Shown here: piece by piece, positions 51,692 to 64,000 of the stretch | Numbering within the stretch: position 1 is the stretch's first letter | Layout of the letters: the number at the start of each line of letters is the position of its first letter | Notes under the pieces: generated by a model | Seen by the model: the letters and a program-made list of their open reading frames with translations, nothing else | Databases searched by the model: none | Told to the model about the DNA's origin: nothing | Assembly (NCBI GenBank): GCA_043228905.1 | Contig: JBHGNT010000001.1 | Span: 31,124,001-31,188,000, forward strand | Length of the DNA stretch: 64,000 nucleotides | Direction of reading: 5' to 3' | From: Azolla caroliniana | Taxonomy: Eukaryota > Plantae > Polypodiophyta | Made by a program: the position numbers and the translations under genes

Positions 51692-54600
51692 ATGGATTAC
51701 GGCTTCGATGCTAGTGGTATACTTCGCTGGAAAACAGCTTAAACTTAATCGCTGCTGGTTTCTTAATTGTCAATGAAGCATGGAAGGGCATGCTTTGCAT
51801 ACTTTTGAATGGAATGTTTTTGCATCTCTGCTGGTTTCTTTTGTAAATTAGGAATGAAGCATGAAAGGGCATGCTTTGCATACGTTTGAATGGAAGGTTT
51901 TTGCATCGCTGTGATTTCTTTTGTAAATTGTGAATGAAGCATGGAAGGGCATGCTTTGCATACTTTCGAATGGAAGGTTTTTGCATCGTTGCGGGTTTCT
52001 TTTGTAAATTGTGAATGAAGCGTGAAAAGGCAAGCTTTGCATACTTTTGAATGCAAGGTTTTTGCATCGCTGTGATTTCTTTTGTAAATTGTGAACGAAA
52101 CATGAAAGGGCATGCTTTGCATACTTTTGAATGGAAGGTTTTTGCATCGCTGTGATTTCTTTTGTAAATTGTGAATGAAGCATGAAAGGGCATGCATTGC
52201 ATACTTTTTAATGGAAGGTTTTTGCACACTGAAGCCAAGAAAACTAACGACTTAAGGATGAAGATGAGATATGTATGGAATTTAGCAGTTTATTGACCTG
52301 AGTATGTTCACTCGTAAAATTTGTGATATGTTTATAGGTGCCGAAGCAAAGAAAGGTCATTTAAATGAAATACTTTAGGTATTTTACGTTGATTGAATCT
52401 ATCATGTTAATTAGTTGTGAAATTTATGGCATGTTAATAGATTCCTAAACTAAGAAAGGCCATTAAAATGAACAACTTTATAATATACGAGTGGATTTCA
52501 TTGATCATGTTCACTGCTTGTAAAACTTATGTTATGTGAATTGGTTGAGGAATAAAGAAATATATTATAATCACTCACTTTATTTTTATTGGTAGGTGTG
52601 ACATGCTGATAGATTGCTAAAGGTAGTTATACTAAAGGAAGAACATTAAAATAAAGTACTTCATGTATGAGTGCAGATTTGAGTCTGAAGGCCAGACATT
52701 ATATTCAATGTAGTAGTTTATTGAGTCGATCATGCTTGGTGGTAAGTTTATGTATACATCTATTGTCTTTGTATACGAAGAATAAGTACAGCAGAAAAAT
52801 CATAGGAGCAGAAATAAAATATGTAAAGCTGACCGAGGAAATGCCAATACAAAAACCTTGCATAATCTCCACAATACTTACAAGGAAAGCCTCTTTTTTC
52901 TGAGCAGGTTCCGAGGATGATGTGACTCTTTCTCAACATGTCCGGTCTTTTGGATCTGGAAGAGTTGATGGAAGTGAAAAGGAGATTAATGGAGCTTGCC
53001 GGGGTCAGAGAAGTATAGACATACCTCTTCAAAAGCTGGAATATGATGCTTATGTTGCTGTGCTTCGGGCCTTCACAAAGCAAACTGGAGCTCTTGCTTG
53101 GGTTGTGACCTCTGCTAAAACCAAGTAGTTTGCCGTACTTGTTTGGGAAATAATCTGAAATACCAAAGTTGTTATCCATTTTACAAAATGCCCCCCTGTT
53201 TTCATTATTCTTCCAAGTGACCCTTGGTGAACTCCTGGAAGAAAGAAAGGGGAAATAGGGGATTGACTAAGGATATTTGTGGAAATAACAGAAATTCTGG
53301 AGCATGTGGGGAAACAAAGAAAAAATTGGGAGTTCTTCAGAGTTTTCCCTTTTTCTCCTAGCCTCTTTCCAGTTGATCAATGCGATGAATTTGACTTTCT
53401 TATTATAAGGTTGATATCTGGCTCAATGCTCACTGTTCAAGCTTCTTACTTTTTTTCAGGATAAATGTGAGATAATGGCAAAATTACGGGAACATTTAAG
53501 GATTACTATGGATCAACATTTAAAGATTCTGCATAGCATTGAATCTAATATTGGTCACTGTGCAAGCAGGTTAGTCTTATTGCCATGGAATTTAATTAAA
53601 ACATGTACTGGTTTGTGCCCCTTTCTGTCGTTGTTTTTTTATCAACAGTATGCAAATGATGTAACAGAGAACAGAAGCCTCAGGATGATGAACATATAGG
53701 TCCTATATATGCAAGGTCATCACTGTTAGCTACAGATGTTCAACAAAGAAAGCAAAAAATTGCTGATACTTCACAGGGGTCCTTACCTCCTGCAAGAATC
53801 ACTGCTCCTCCTTCCCCTTCTTCAGGCCCTGGTTTCTCTGGAAGGCGAGGTCCACCTGTTGTATCAATAAGCAACAAAAAGAACAAAGCAGGGGTATATG
53901 TTTTTTTCCATAACAGAATATTCTTTATATCTTTAAATAAATAATCATGTAATGGATCAATCTTAAATGTTCTTTGAGTTTTGCAGTTCGATGAGTATTC
54001 AAAGGCCATTTCCTCATCTGCCACTGGTTCAGCAACAATTAATTCTTTGATAGGGAGAAGAGTTCAAACACGGTGGCCTGATGATAATGCATTTTATGAA
54101 GCTCAGATTAAAGATTATAATCCTGAAAACGTGAGTGTAAACTTCTTGTTACATTCACACAAAAAGTCTCAAGCATAACTTATTCTGCTGTTCTGACTTT
54201 GTCATGTGAAAGGGATGTTTTGCTTTGCTTTTAATCTGCAATTAATAGTAAATCATATAAAATTCTTAACTTAATAAGCAATTAATTTATGAGATACTTT
54301 TATGGTTATGAGAATTTGTGGGTTAAAGACCACTTGTTCATTTAACACCTCATGTTCTTAGAATGCTTGGATGATTGTATTTATCTTCAATTGTTGGGTA
54401 AAATACAGGTTTTCTGCTATAGGTTCAATTTATTTGATGCTGCTTTACTCCAGGGTAATGTTAATGCAGAAGATAAGGACTTGAAGAACTCTAGTTCTGG
54501 ATGTACTTGTGTGATCATAGTAGTGTCCAGTATTGGGAAAATAACAGATTCACAGCTATGTGCTGAATTCATTTGATATTACTTGCTTCAGGATACACAT

Positions 54601-56168
54601 GCTCTTGTGTACAATGCTAATGCTGTTGATGAGTCCTGGGAATGGGTGAATGTCAAAGAGGTTGGATTTAAAACATCATTCGAGACCAACTCATTGATTT
54701 GTATGTGTCACTATATGCATTTCTAATTATATTTATTTTTCTGTTATTGCAATGCATGTAGTTATTATCATCAGGTGACTTGAGGTTTGTTGATGGGGTA
54801 CCACCAATTTCTGCCATTGGTAAAGGATCTTTTAAGAGTGGGGTTACGGGAGGCAAGCATTCTGGAGGAAAAGACCGCAGTGGGAAGGTCAGAAGTATAA
54901 GCAAAGGAACTGCAAACTCTTTTGAGGAACCTGCTCCTTCTGTTGTCCATGGCAAGAATTGGAAAAATTCATCAATCCAGGACAAGGGATGCCAGAAAAT
55001 CCAGTTGCCTTCACTTGATGCATTAATCAAACGAGTGAGTTCTGGCATCTTTCAGTTTGTTATGATGTGTGTTTACAACATCTAATGTTTCATATGCATT
55101 ATATACTTTTATTCTTCTTAAACATTCTAGTGTTATCCCCTGTTTGTTAGTTTTTATCGTCTCATTTTCTGGTGCTAAAATTTTGCCGATGTTATTTCCT
55201 ATTATATTGTTAAGAGAATTGCATGTATCATGTTTAAACTCTACATAGCTCTCTTTTTCTTTATGTGAGGCTACCATTAAATATGCATGCTCTCATCAGG
55301 TTGACAGAATTGCTCGGGAAGATGATCTGGCAAAAATTGAGTCTGTCAAGAGGGCTGCAAAGGTTAGTTTTTAACTTTAATCACCTCTCTTTATGGAATC
55401 GTTTGGGTAAAAGGCAACTCAGTTGAAGTAAACATTATGTAGGAGCATGAGGAAATGCTGAGGAAGGCATTGGCTGAAATTGGGGAATTTTCAGATGAGG
55501 AAGAAAGTAGTGGTAAGTACTGGGACAAACCAAGAACATGTCATAAACTGTGTATTCTATGCCCGGATGCCCTTATTGTATGTCTTGAGATTTTTTTGGT
55601 TCATCTTAAAATATGATATCTTGTTTATATGGCTCCGTTTAGCATCTGTTTGGGTGCTTGCCTTGTAAGCCATAGATATATAGCAATTCAACATCTGCTC
55701 CACTCTGCCCTCCATTGCAACATAGATAGATAAGACAGCATAAATAGATAGATGGAGATAAATCTTATCTGCTTCGAACAAGGATAAATAATTGTTTTCC
55801 TACAATCAATGTGTTAAGTAACTGTTGGCCTCAGATCTAGAATGTAAATTCTTTATTACATTAGCAATCAGGGACAATAATCCTAATATATCAATAAGGT
55901 GATTATTGTGGCTTATGTGCCTTGTAAGCCATGGATAAGACAGCAATTCAACTTCTCTCTATCCTCTCAGAGATCATGGTCATTTTCAATGTGATAAACT
56001 AGCCGATTACTATGGACATTCACATTCAGTGATCTTAGGTTTGCCTGATGCAAGCACTGTTTTTTCTTTTGAATATTTATTCTTTTCGTGCATGTCCAAG
56101 AAAGCAGAAAAATAGTATGTAGTGTTGGTTATGGTGCAGGCTGTAGAGGATCAGAGGGTGATTTTTGA
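51692..56168 (+). CDS. EML: EMSY-like protein (ENT domain plus plant Tudor/Agenet-like domain); last exon 56140-56168 tentative
   Basis: MDYGFDASG|SEDD start typical of EML proteins. ENT domain LQKLEYDAYVAVLRAF...W|DKCEIMAKLREHLRI. Tudor-like LIGRRVQTRWPDDNAFYEAQIKDYNPEN|DTHALVY...ESWEWVN. C-terminal K|EHEEMLRKALAEIGEFSD. Confidence 0.88.
51748..52226. repeat. Six 80/81-bp tandem repeats at the 5' end of EML intron 1
   Basis: aatgaagcatg.aagggcatgctttgcatacttttgaatggaaggtttttgcatc starts at 51772, 51853, 51933, 52014, 52094 and 52174. Confidence 0.95.
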
Positions 56169-57639
56169 GGAGGTCGACATCAGAAAAATTGTGTCACTGT
56201 TTCATGTAGAGGTGCTATTGCTGGTATATAGTAATATGGAAAGGAAATGGCAGTTTCAAATTGCATAAATTGCAGTTTGCTACTTGCATGTAAAGCTCCC
56301 TGAGCATTATTCCTGTGAATTGATGACAATTCTATTCTTATTCCAATTTTTTGGTCTTACATGCTTTACTGTGGAAAAAAATTGGGTTGTTGGCATGTAT
56401 ATTATTGTTATCTGCTGGCAAATGTTTTTGAAATTTCAGTTGCTCTTATCTTTGTTGTTTACAAGAAATATACACAAATAGATAATCAATCGGATAAATA
56501 AAAATAAATAAATATCACTACGGAGAACATACGATTGGAATTCATTCCTGGCAAAGCATATATGGGAGTCTTGCTGTGGATTGCCCAAGAACCTGAATAA
56601 GTGGTTTATAAAATATCCATGCATTTGACACCGATCTAATACACTGCAGCAGGAATGTAAGGTATCCTATTATGGTGGCATGGCTTTGTGCAAAACAAAT
56701 GTTTTGAGTCACCAAATAATATGCTAAAAAGACCTTCGTAAACATCCATTTTTTTGTTTCTTACAAGGATTTCGAGGCCAACTTTTTCCTACAATGACTT
56801 TTTTACAGCTAGGCACATTTGTTATTGTATCGATATGATTTGTATGCATGCAAGGAATACTAAAGAAGCTAAGGATTTATTTAATATGTTCAACAAGTTT
56901 AGATAGGGGGTACACTACTAAAGCTGCTACATTTAATCACATCATTGTACATGTAAAACGTGTAGACTATTAAGTGATATAGCTATGTAGGATGTTCAGA
57001 ACATAAGTTGTGTCTAGGTTGATATTTTGGATTGGTTTATTATGTATAGTGTTCTCTTATATGACGCTGATAATTGGAAAGTATTCTTTTGTGATGGAGG
57101 GCACATGATGCCAAAATATTCTTGCCAAATTGGCTTTTGAGAGTTGGCATGGCACTTTTTGATTTAGCAATCCTCTCACGCACATAGACTAAGGGATACA
57201 TGAATGTTGTGTAATTGGTAATGTGAAAGTTTGCTTCTATGATGAACATTGTATAGTACATGCATGATACCTTAATGGACTACGCGATGCATGAATGTTG
57301 GCTTTTGAGAGGAAATGGACCATTTATTGATTAAACATGCCACATACAAAGAGACCAAGGGGTAAAATCAGCATTATGGGTTATTAGACCTAACCCTAAA
57401 CAGGTTGCATCATTTCACTTTAGGAACATTTCATCTTGCAGTGATTATGATTGATCCTTGTTATGAGGCAAGCTCAGGTTAGTAGACATTTTTCACTATA
57501 GATTTTGTACACTTGTTGGTGTATCAACGCCCTTGATCCTTACATTACATCTAAGCAAACATGGGATATGCGGTGAACTCTCGTGTGTCCAAGTAACTTT
57601 CGTGACATGGAAACATTAATTGCATAAAATGGAAGTGCA

Positions 57640-57876
57640 GTTTTTAGTTTTTTGATGGTGTTCTATTCAAACCTTGTGCCCTCTTTCTACATAGGTAGTT
57701 CATCAAAGAAAACATACACGACATTCCAGCACTTGCACCTCCAGCCAGTGGTAGTGTTTTTAGTTTTTTGATGGTGTTCTATTCAAAATTTGTGCCCTCT
57801 TCCTATATAGGTAGTTCGTCCAAACAAGAAGAACATTCAAGACATTCCCGGACTTGCATATCCTGCCAGTGGTAGT
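57640..57876. repeat. Diverged ~116-120-bp tandem duplication near the methyltransferase 3' end
   Basis: ttttagttttttgatggtgttctattcaaa...tgtgccctct...ataggtagttc...gacattcc...gccagtggtagt occurs twice. Confidence 0.85.
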
Positions 57877-57995
57877 CAGCGGCTCTTGTCTGTTTTGGAT
57901 AGAGAGGAGACATAAGATATTCTTTGTGGGGGCAGAGTGGCAAAGAATTTCCATACTCACATGCAGCACAGTGACGGTAGCTCTTATGTTTAGTA

Positions 57996-60900
57996 CTAAA
58001 ATATCTGATTGTGTTTCATAAATTGCTCTGTGACACTCATACAATAAAGCAGTGAAGTTATTCGAAAGGCAGAGTTCTCCATAGCATGTCCATGGGAAGA
58101 GTTGGTCATTATGTAAAATTTAGCATGTAGTTCTTGTGTAGTACAGTTCATATCAGCAGGGTATAAATCCTGGAGGCTGTAGTAAAAGACCACAACAACT
58201 GGTATGCATTCTTTCAGTGGAAAAGTTCCCTATCCTCAGTATAAATATTATAAACTAGCCAGATATTCAATGATACACTATTGATTATTTTGATGACAAT
58301 TAACTCGGTGGTACTTAAAATATTTGTTGTTTGGTGAATTCATACTTTGTTTTTCTTGTGAACGCTTCTATAAGCTCACAACCATAAACAGTGCAGCACT
58401 TACTGAACAATCAGCAGGCCTTTCTTTTACATTATCCTAGAGAGGAATGGCAGTATTTGCACATAAACTACTCTCTTCTTCATTCCCTTACCAATCAAGA
58501 GCATAATATGTAAGTTAAACCAAATCATAAACACATGACTCTTCTTAATTTCTACACTCCAAGTAAATTTCATGAATTTGCTTAAACATCATGAAAACAG
58601 AACAAATGACGACAGCAATAGTATGGGGTGATTGCATACATCATGAACATTACATTGTAAGCCATGAATGTAATATCAGCTGCACTGCACACTTGTGAGA
58701 GAGACTGGAACCAATCTAATAATAATAAAGATAAATTTCATGGACACTGATGAAAAGATTAGTCAGATATTTCTTTTCATACACAGTGAAACAACATTAG
58801 AAGTAAGAAAATCTTTACAAGAAAGGTGAACTATTTAGACGATAATCTCATGGTTTATCAAAATAAAATAAATGATAGTCTATACAATTTAATCAACTAC
58901 CTAAAACTTCCTTATAGAAGCAGAAGAACAAAATTGCATATAAGTTTTTCATATTTTTGAATAATTTGTACCAGGAGAGCAAAATTGCATCAATTCCACA
59001 TAATCCGTTTTCGCATCCGATTCGCAGCACACAATCTTCTTAAGCTTCAAACCCTGAAATTTAAACAATTTAAACCAAGTGCTGAGTTCAATGCAACCCA
59101 ATTGGCCTCATTTACAAAAAACCAGTACACCCTAGCAATCCTACAAGTTCTAAGTTCATTTACTAAAAATGCGAATATACCATACTAATTCTTAGCAATC
59201 TTACTTTAAATTCAAAACTTCATCAGTGTATTCCACAAATTCAAAGCAAAAGTCTAATTAAACCTCATTTACTTAGAAATTCATTAAAAACCTTAACAAG
59301 ACTAACCCATTCACCTCATCTGGTGCAGATTTTTCCATCAAGTCCAGAAATGCTAGTCTATTTTGTGGTGTTCGATTTGTTGGATCAGCCATTATAACCA
59401 TTCCAGAACTGCCCACATCAACGATACAAAAAAAGAGAAGATTTTCTAAAATCTATTGAACAAACTTAGAAACCAATTTAGAATTTAGATTAACGTCCAC
59501 TTAAAAAATAGACTAACAAATCTAGAATTTGTTGAGTATCCACTTAAAAAGCAAAAAAACAAATAATAAAAAAAGGATTTAGGAATTGAATTAGCATCCA
59601 CTAGGTGAAGCCATTAAAAGTATATATAAGAATTACGGTACCAAAAAGAAAATGAGTAAGAATGGAATCAGCTCCGTCCTCTTAGTACTAATATATATAA
59701 GAATTACGGTACCAAAAAGAAAATAAGTAAGAATGGACATACTTGGGTTGCACTAACTTGGGTAACACCTCTGCCAGATATGAGACAGATCTTTTCTCAT
59801 ACAGCACATCACATGCAACAACCTGCCAAAATAAAATATTATTATCCAGATCAAATGCTATTTATGTAGCAAAAATCAACATAGTCTTCATTTCCCCAAT
59901 ATTTGCCGTAAACAAAAGTAAAAAAACGAGTGTAAATAGGTTGATCCAATTAAAGCATCTGAAATATCCCTCAGGGCATAAAACATTGTCTATGATAAAG
60001 AAATTGAATAAAGCTAAAATTACTATGTTGCTAAAGCTATGAACACCCTGGAGAGTGGGCCTCTCCAGAAGAGAAGACCAGAGAAAACAAAAGTGATTAA
60101 TAAAGAAATTGTGTATCCTACAGTATGCAAAGAGAAAGCTATTATTTTCCCAGGGTTACAAATATCCTCGAGAATGGACAGAATTATTTTTTTAAAACTT
60201 TTTCTCATGTGGAAAATGGCAGAATTTCTCAGCTATGGCTATGAGCTATAGGTTGAGGGTTCAAGTCCCACAATCGGAAACTTGGGAACCAAGCCCCTGT
60301 TAAAAGTAGAAAAAAAAACCAAAATCATTTGTAAAGATACTAAAATAAAGTTCAATATTCAGAATTTGAGAAGCATTGTTGAAGGGTAATATTCTGAAGT
60401 GGAAAAAGAGAAGTGCAGATACAAAAATGATGAACTTCAATAATCATAAATTGATGGGCATAGTTAAAGGACAATACTCTGAAGTGGCAAAGATTATAGA
60501 TTATCAATCTAAGAGAAGTGAAAATACCCAAAAGAAAAGTTCAATTTTCATAAAAACTGACAATATACCGTGTCAAACCTTTGACAAGATAACCTTGTTT
60601 CTGACCAATCAAAAACTTCTGCCCTAGCCAATACTGTTTTACTCTTCCCAGGTCCATGAAATATATCAGGACAAAGTGCCAAACCAGATGTTAAATGTTC
60701 AATATATTCACTTGTCTTATCAGTGCAAATATGTTCCATGAAGAAAGGAAGATTAGTAGTTGCGTCGGGAATATTGGCATGCACTGTGAGGAGACAACAA
60801 AGCAAAGCCAGAGGTTCCTGATCATAGAAGACCACCTGAAATTCAACAATTAACTTCAGTTATATCTGTCTCGACCTATTTGAGAAACAACCTATGTTTT

Positions 60901-63900
60901 AACTGCACGATAATGATTAAAGGACAGATGTGATTGCATTTACTCCAGATCATCGAAGACCACAAGCAAATCAGAGTGATACAACAACAAAAATGTACTC
61001 CTCATATATGCATACATGTCCATTTATTCCTTTAGGTAGCACATATCAGCTTCCTACTGTTTATCAACTGTTATGATGCTAGGAATATACAGAAGAGGGG
61101 GGAGACAGAGAGAGAGAGAGGGAAGGAGAGATATGCAATAGCTCATGAGATGGTGAAAAGAAGTTTCAACTCGTAAATATTGATGGATAGACCATGTTGC
61201 AGAAAGTTTTGCACTTATCTATCCATAACACAGTTTCTCTCCAATTGTTCTATCTGACAATAATTGAGTTATATTTTATACAACTAGCTTTCATGCACGT
61301 TTTTTTATTTCAAACAAGTAGAATGTTTGATTCACATATAGAATGCGCCATAAAATCATTATACTTCAGGCAATCCTGAGTCATTGGAATTTTCAATTTT
61401 ATCTAGAACATTTTGTTATCTCACATGTAATCGGACAACATACCTCTTTTGCTCCAGCTAGTAAAGCTGCTAGGCCGGCTAAACCTACAACAATAAATTT
61501 AAGAAATATTTAAACACAATAAGAAATCCTGAGAGATACTAAAAATCTGGATGGCTACTACAATCAAGATTACAACAAAATCAATATATAGACTACCAAA
61601 AAAATGCTCATGAGTGCAACATATAGGCAAAATGAATCAGCAAATAAGAGAAAACTATTAGTTTCTTAAATGAACATCAGCAAGGAACTTAGAGCGGAGC
61701 TGTTGAAGAAGATGGAGGCAGCGAAACAAGATTGAGAACATCTGCGGAGTGATAGATAATTAACTACAGCTATAGATGCAGCTAGCAGAGAGATGGGGTA
61801 AGTCCATCTGAAAAAGCTACTGCCCGTTTTTACGCAATTTCTCCTCAAATAAACACAGTAAAACCATAATAAAAGCTTTCAGAAACAGTGAGAGACCAAG
61901 AAAAGAAGTTTCAAGTTTTCTGTTTTTTTGCCACCTGAAACAGAACAAGATCAGTTTGATTCCCAAGAGGAAATAGTTTACTCTAGCAATTTGATATCAT
62001 AAAAACATCAAGTTGCAAGGTGGAGAATACCAATGGAACCTTGTTTTTGGGCCTTTCTACTAAAATGAAATGGCTGAAGACATTTTTATAAGACCTTCCG
62101 TTACTTTTATAAGATTCGTGATTAGTTTAATAACTTGTATGAAGTCTGCATTATAGAACTATCTTGCTTTTATATATATTGTTTATTACTTATAATATAT
62201 TATAATTTATGTCATACTTGCATATACATTATTCTCACTGGACAATCTAATTATTCACAACCTGTTGACATCTTCTGGCCATCATATTGCTAACAACTTT
62301 TCGCAACCTGTCACTCACATGTTGTTGCAATCCACTATGCCCAAGAGATACTGGAAGGGTCTTCTCTGCATCATTTCTGACGACTAGGCTGACAAGGAAG
62401 GTGGTAGGTTCACCAATAAGTTGGTGTGTGAGTGCATGTACCTGTATTTGTGAAAATTAATGGGGAGGCACATGTATACCATTCCACAATTCATGTTTGC
62501 AAGAAAGTATGCAGGCATAGCACACTTTCCAAAGGGACAAATAATTGCTCATTGACAAATTTTACATACAAAAGGTAGTAAACAGCAATAAAAATGCTCA
62601 TAAAAACATTGATGAATTCAGGATTTCAACATAAATACTCCCAACATGCAGCAGCAATGAAGACGGTGTATGTGTTGCCTTACCAAGTCCAGAACCCAAA
62701 TCACATACACACAACTTTGCCACGTGCTGGGGATTCTTTAAGATCTGTACCCAAAATAATCATATTATTCAATCCATATGCATATTTTGGTAAAGCTGTA
62801 GAGTGAATGATCTCACAAAGTGTACAATTTTGCCAGTATATTCATCTAAATTTGGTTGTTATAGATACATATTAAAAACCAACATTTAAATATAAGTGAT
62901 AAAATATGGATAAACCACCTAGATTCATTAACCTAAAGCAGCTTATGCGATATGAAAAGAACAGGATATAGGAAAAAATTCAAAAAGTATATAAGCAATG
63001 AAACTAATGTCAATCAGTTATGAATGAGAGGACAAGTAAACATATATATTCCATGTGGATATTTGTCATGGTTTCAACTTTTCTCCACATTATTCACACA
63101 TGTACAACTTTTTGCCAACAATGCCTATCCAGTCATGTTTCATTGAGCCCAAATCACAATTACCCGAAATGATTTCTTCATTTAAGAAATGAAAAGTATA
63201 ACGGCACAAGCATATAAATGTCTATCTAGTAAGCTCGAATATTTTGGTAGAACACAATCAAATAAATATGGCGGACAAGGTCAACAAATGCAAGCATGGC
63301 TCAGCGATGTACAGGGCTTCATTCACAAGATCTATGGTTCCATGAAAATGGATGCCCTATCATGAGGTTGCAGTGACCAGAGCAACTAAGAAATGCAGCA
63401 CATCTAGCATCCACATACAAAATTGTTTCTTTTTGACACTGGTCATACCACAGGTATTTACTATTTGTGTTCTAAATTCTGATGTGTGTGTGTTTACAAA
63501 ACATTAATAAGATATAGATATACATGATAATTATATTACTATTGATATATATTTTTCGAGATTTCTTTTCTTCATTCTTAAGGGACACAAAACACACTTA
63601 TTGTTGCTGGATTTGTTCCACTTGCAAAATAGCATGATACAATGCGATTAAGTTTACCATTACATTATGACAACAGACCCTATTACCTAAGCATACCTCA
63701 TCTGCAAGCACAATTGCAGAAGGCCAAAGCCTGCACCAATATGGATCTCCTTCTAATTTACCTATAAAGAAATATCTTTATAAGAACAAATAAGAGCTTA
63801 CACTCAAGAATAGAAAAGCTGCCTAAATTGAAGGATAACAACCTAAGTCATAAAACACGTCAACTGATATGTTACCTTGCTTAATATACATGTCCAAAAC

Positions 63901-63954
63901 TTGATCAACATCTCTTGGTTGTACAATGGCCAATTCTTTGCCTTGTATAACAAC
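57996..63954 (-). CDS. Class I SAM-dependent (lysine) methyltransferase, Methyltransf_16 / METTL20(ETFBKMT)-like. 5' end lies beyond the window; 3' exons uncertain. Confident exons: 63876-63954, 63697-63761, 62684-62744, 61444-61484, 60569-60835, 59743-59822, ~59315-59408
   Basis: Spliced: LAIVQPRDVDQVLDMYIKQGKLEGDPYWCRLWPSAIVLADEILKNPQHVAKLCVCDLGSGLGLAGLAALLAGAKEVVFYDQEP...FDW...FDTVVACDVLYE...MADPTNRTPQNRLAFLDLM. Contains motif I DLGSGLG, post-I D and the DxxY motif. Confidence 0.85.
59621..59737. repeat. Two ~46-bp direct repeats (period 71) beside a methyltransferase splice donor
   Basis: tatatataagaattacggtaccaaaaagaaaat.agtaagaatgga occurs twice. Confidence 0.9.
60210..60318 (+). mobile_element. 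Possible degenerate tRNA-derived SINE in a methyltransferase intron
   Basis: Pol III B-box/T-arm-like gagggttcaagtcccac at 60255-60271 followed by an A-rich tail. No clear A-box, cloverleaf or target-site duplication. Confidence 0.35.
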
Positions 63955-64000
63955 CTAAGCAACAAATCTGAAATTTAGAATTGTAAGCTATGATTTTGAT

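Noticed and set aside
60240-60275. Functional tRNA gene
   Set aside because: Only a T-arm/B-box-like motif with a stem mismatch; no acceptor stem or D-arm can be folded.
61670-61850. Nested plus-strand gene (MNISKELRAELLKKMEAAKQD*) in a methyltransferase intron
   Set aside because: Very short, interrupted by multiple stops and with no recognisable family.

Overview
Eukaryotic, AT-rich land-plant nuclear DNA with many short (~70-100 nt) spliceosomal introns. A compact-genome fern or lycophyte is my inference from the style of the PLS-class PPR genes. I reconstructed nine protein-coding genes by hand from splice signals and family motifs: a PLS-E PPR (+), cytosolic ribosomal uL23/RPL23A (-), plastid FtsH7/9 protease (-), a plastid YbaB/EbfC (STIC2-like) protein (+), the peroxisomal adenine nucleotide carrier PNC (+), a second PLS PPR (-), a kinesin-4/FRA1-type motor (+), an EMSY-like ENT/Tudor protein (+) and a 5'-truncated METTL20/Methyltransf_16-type methyltransferase (-). 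Most short ORFs in the track are noise or exon fragments. I see no prokaryote-type system (no cas genes, no true CRISPR). The most unusual signals are: (1) a stop-free, in-frame 363-nt GT-AG segment filled by a 42-bp tandem repeat in the FtsH7/9 N-terminus (exitron candidate); (2) a 38-bp intronic minisatellite with a conserved half, a variable half and a 4-mer higher-order structure; (3) every intron-containing gene carries its own private duplication or tandem array; (4) an RPL23A with a competing frameshifting donor across a microsatellite and an archaeal-like TPKG loop; (5) a decayed E+ tail behind the PPR1 stop codon. Exon boundaries are manual and unverified by transcript data.
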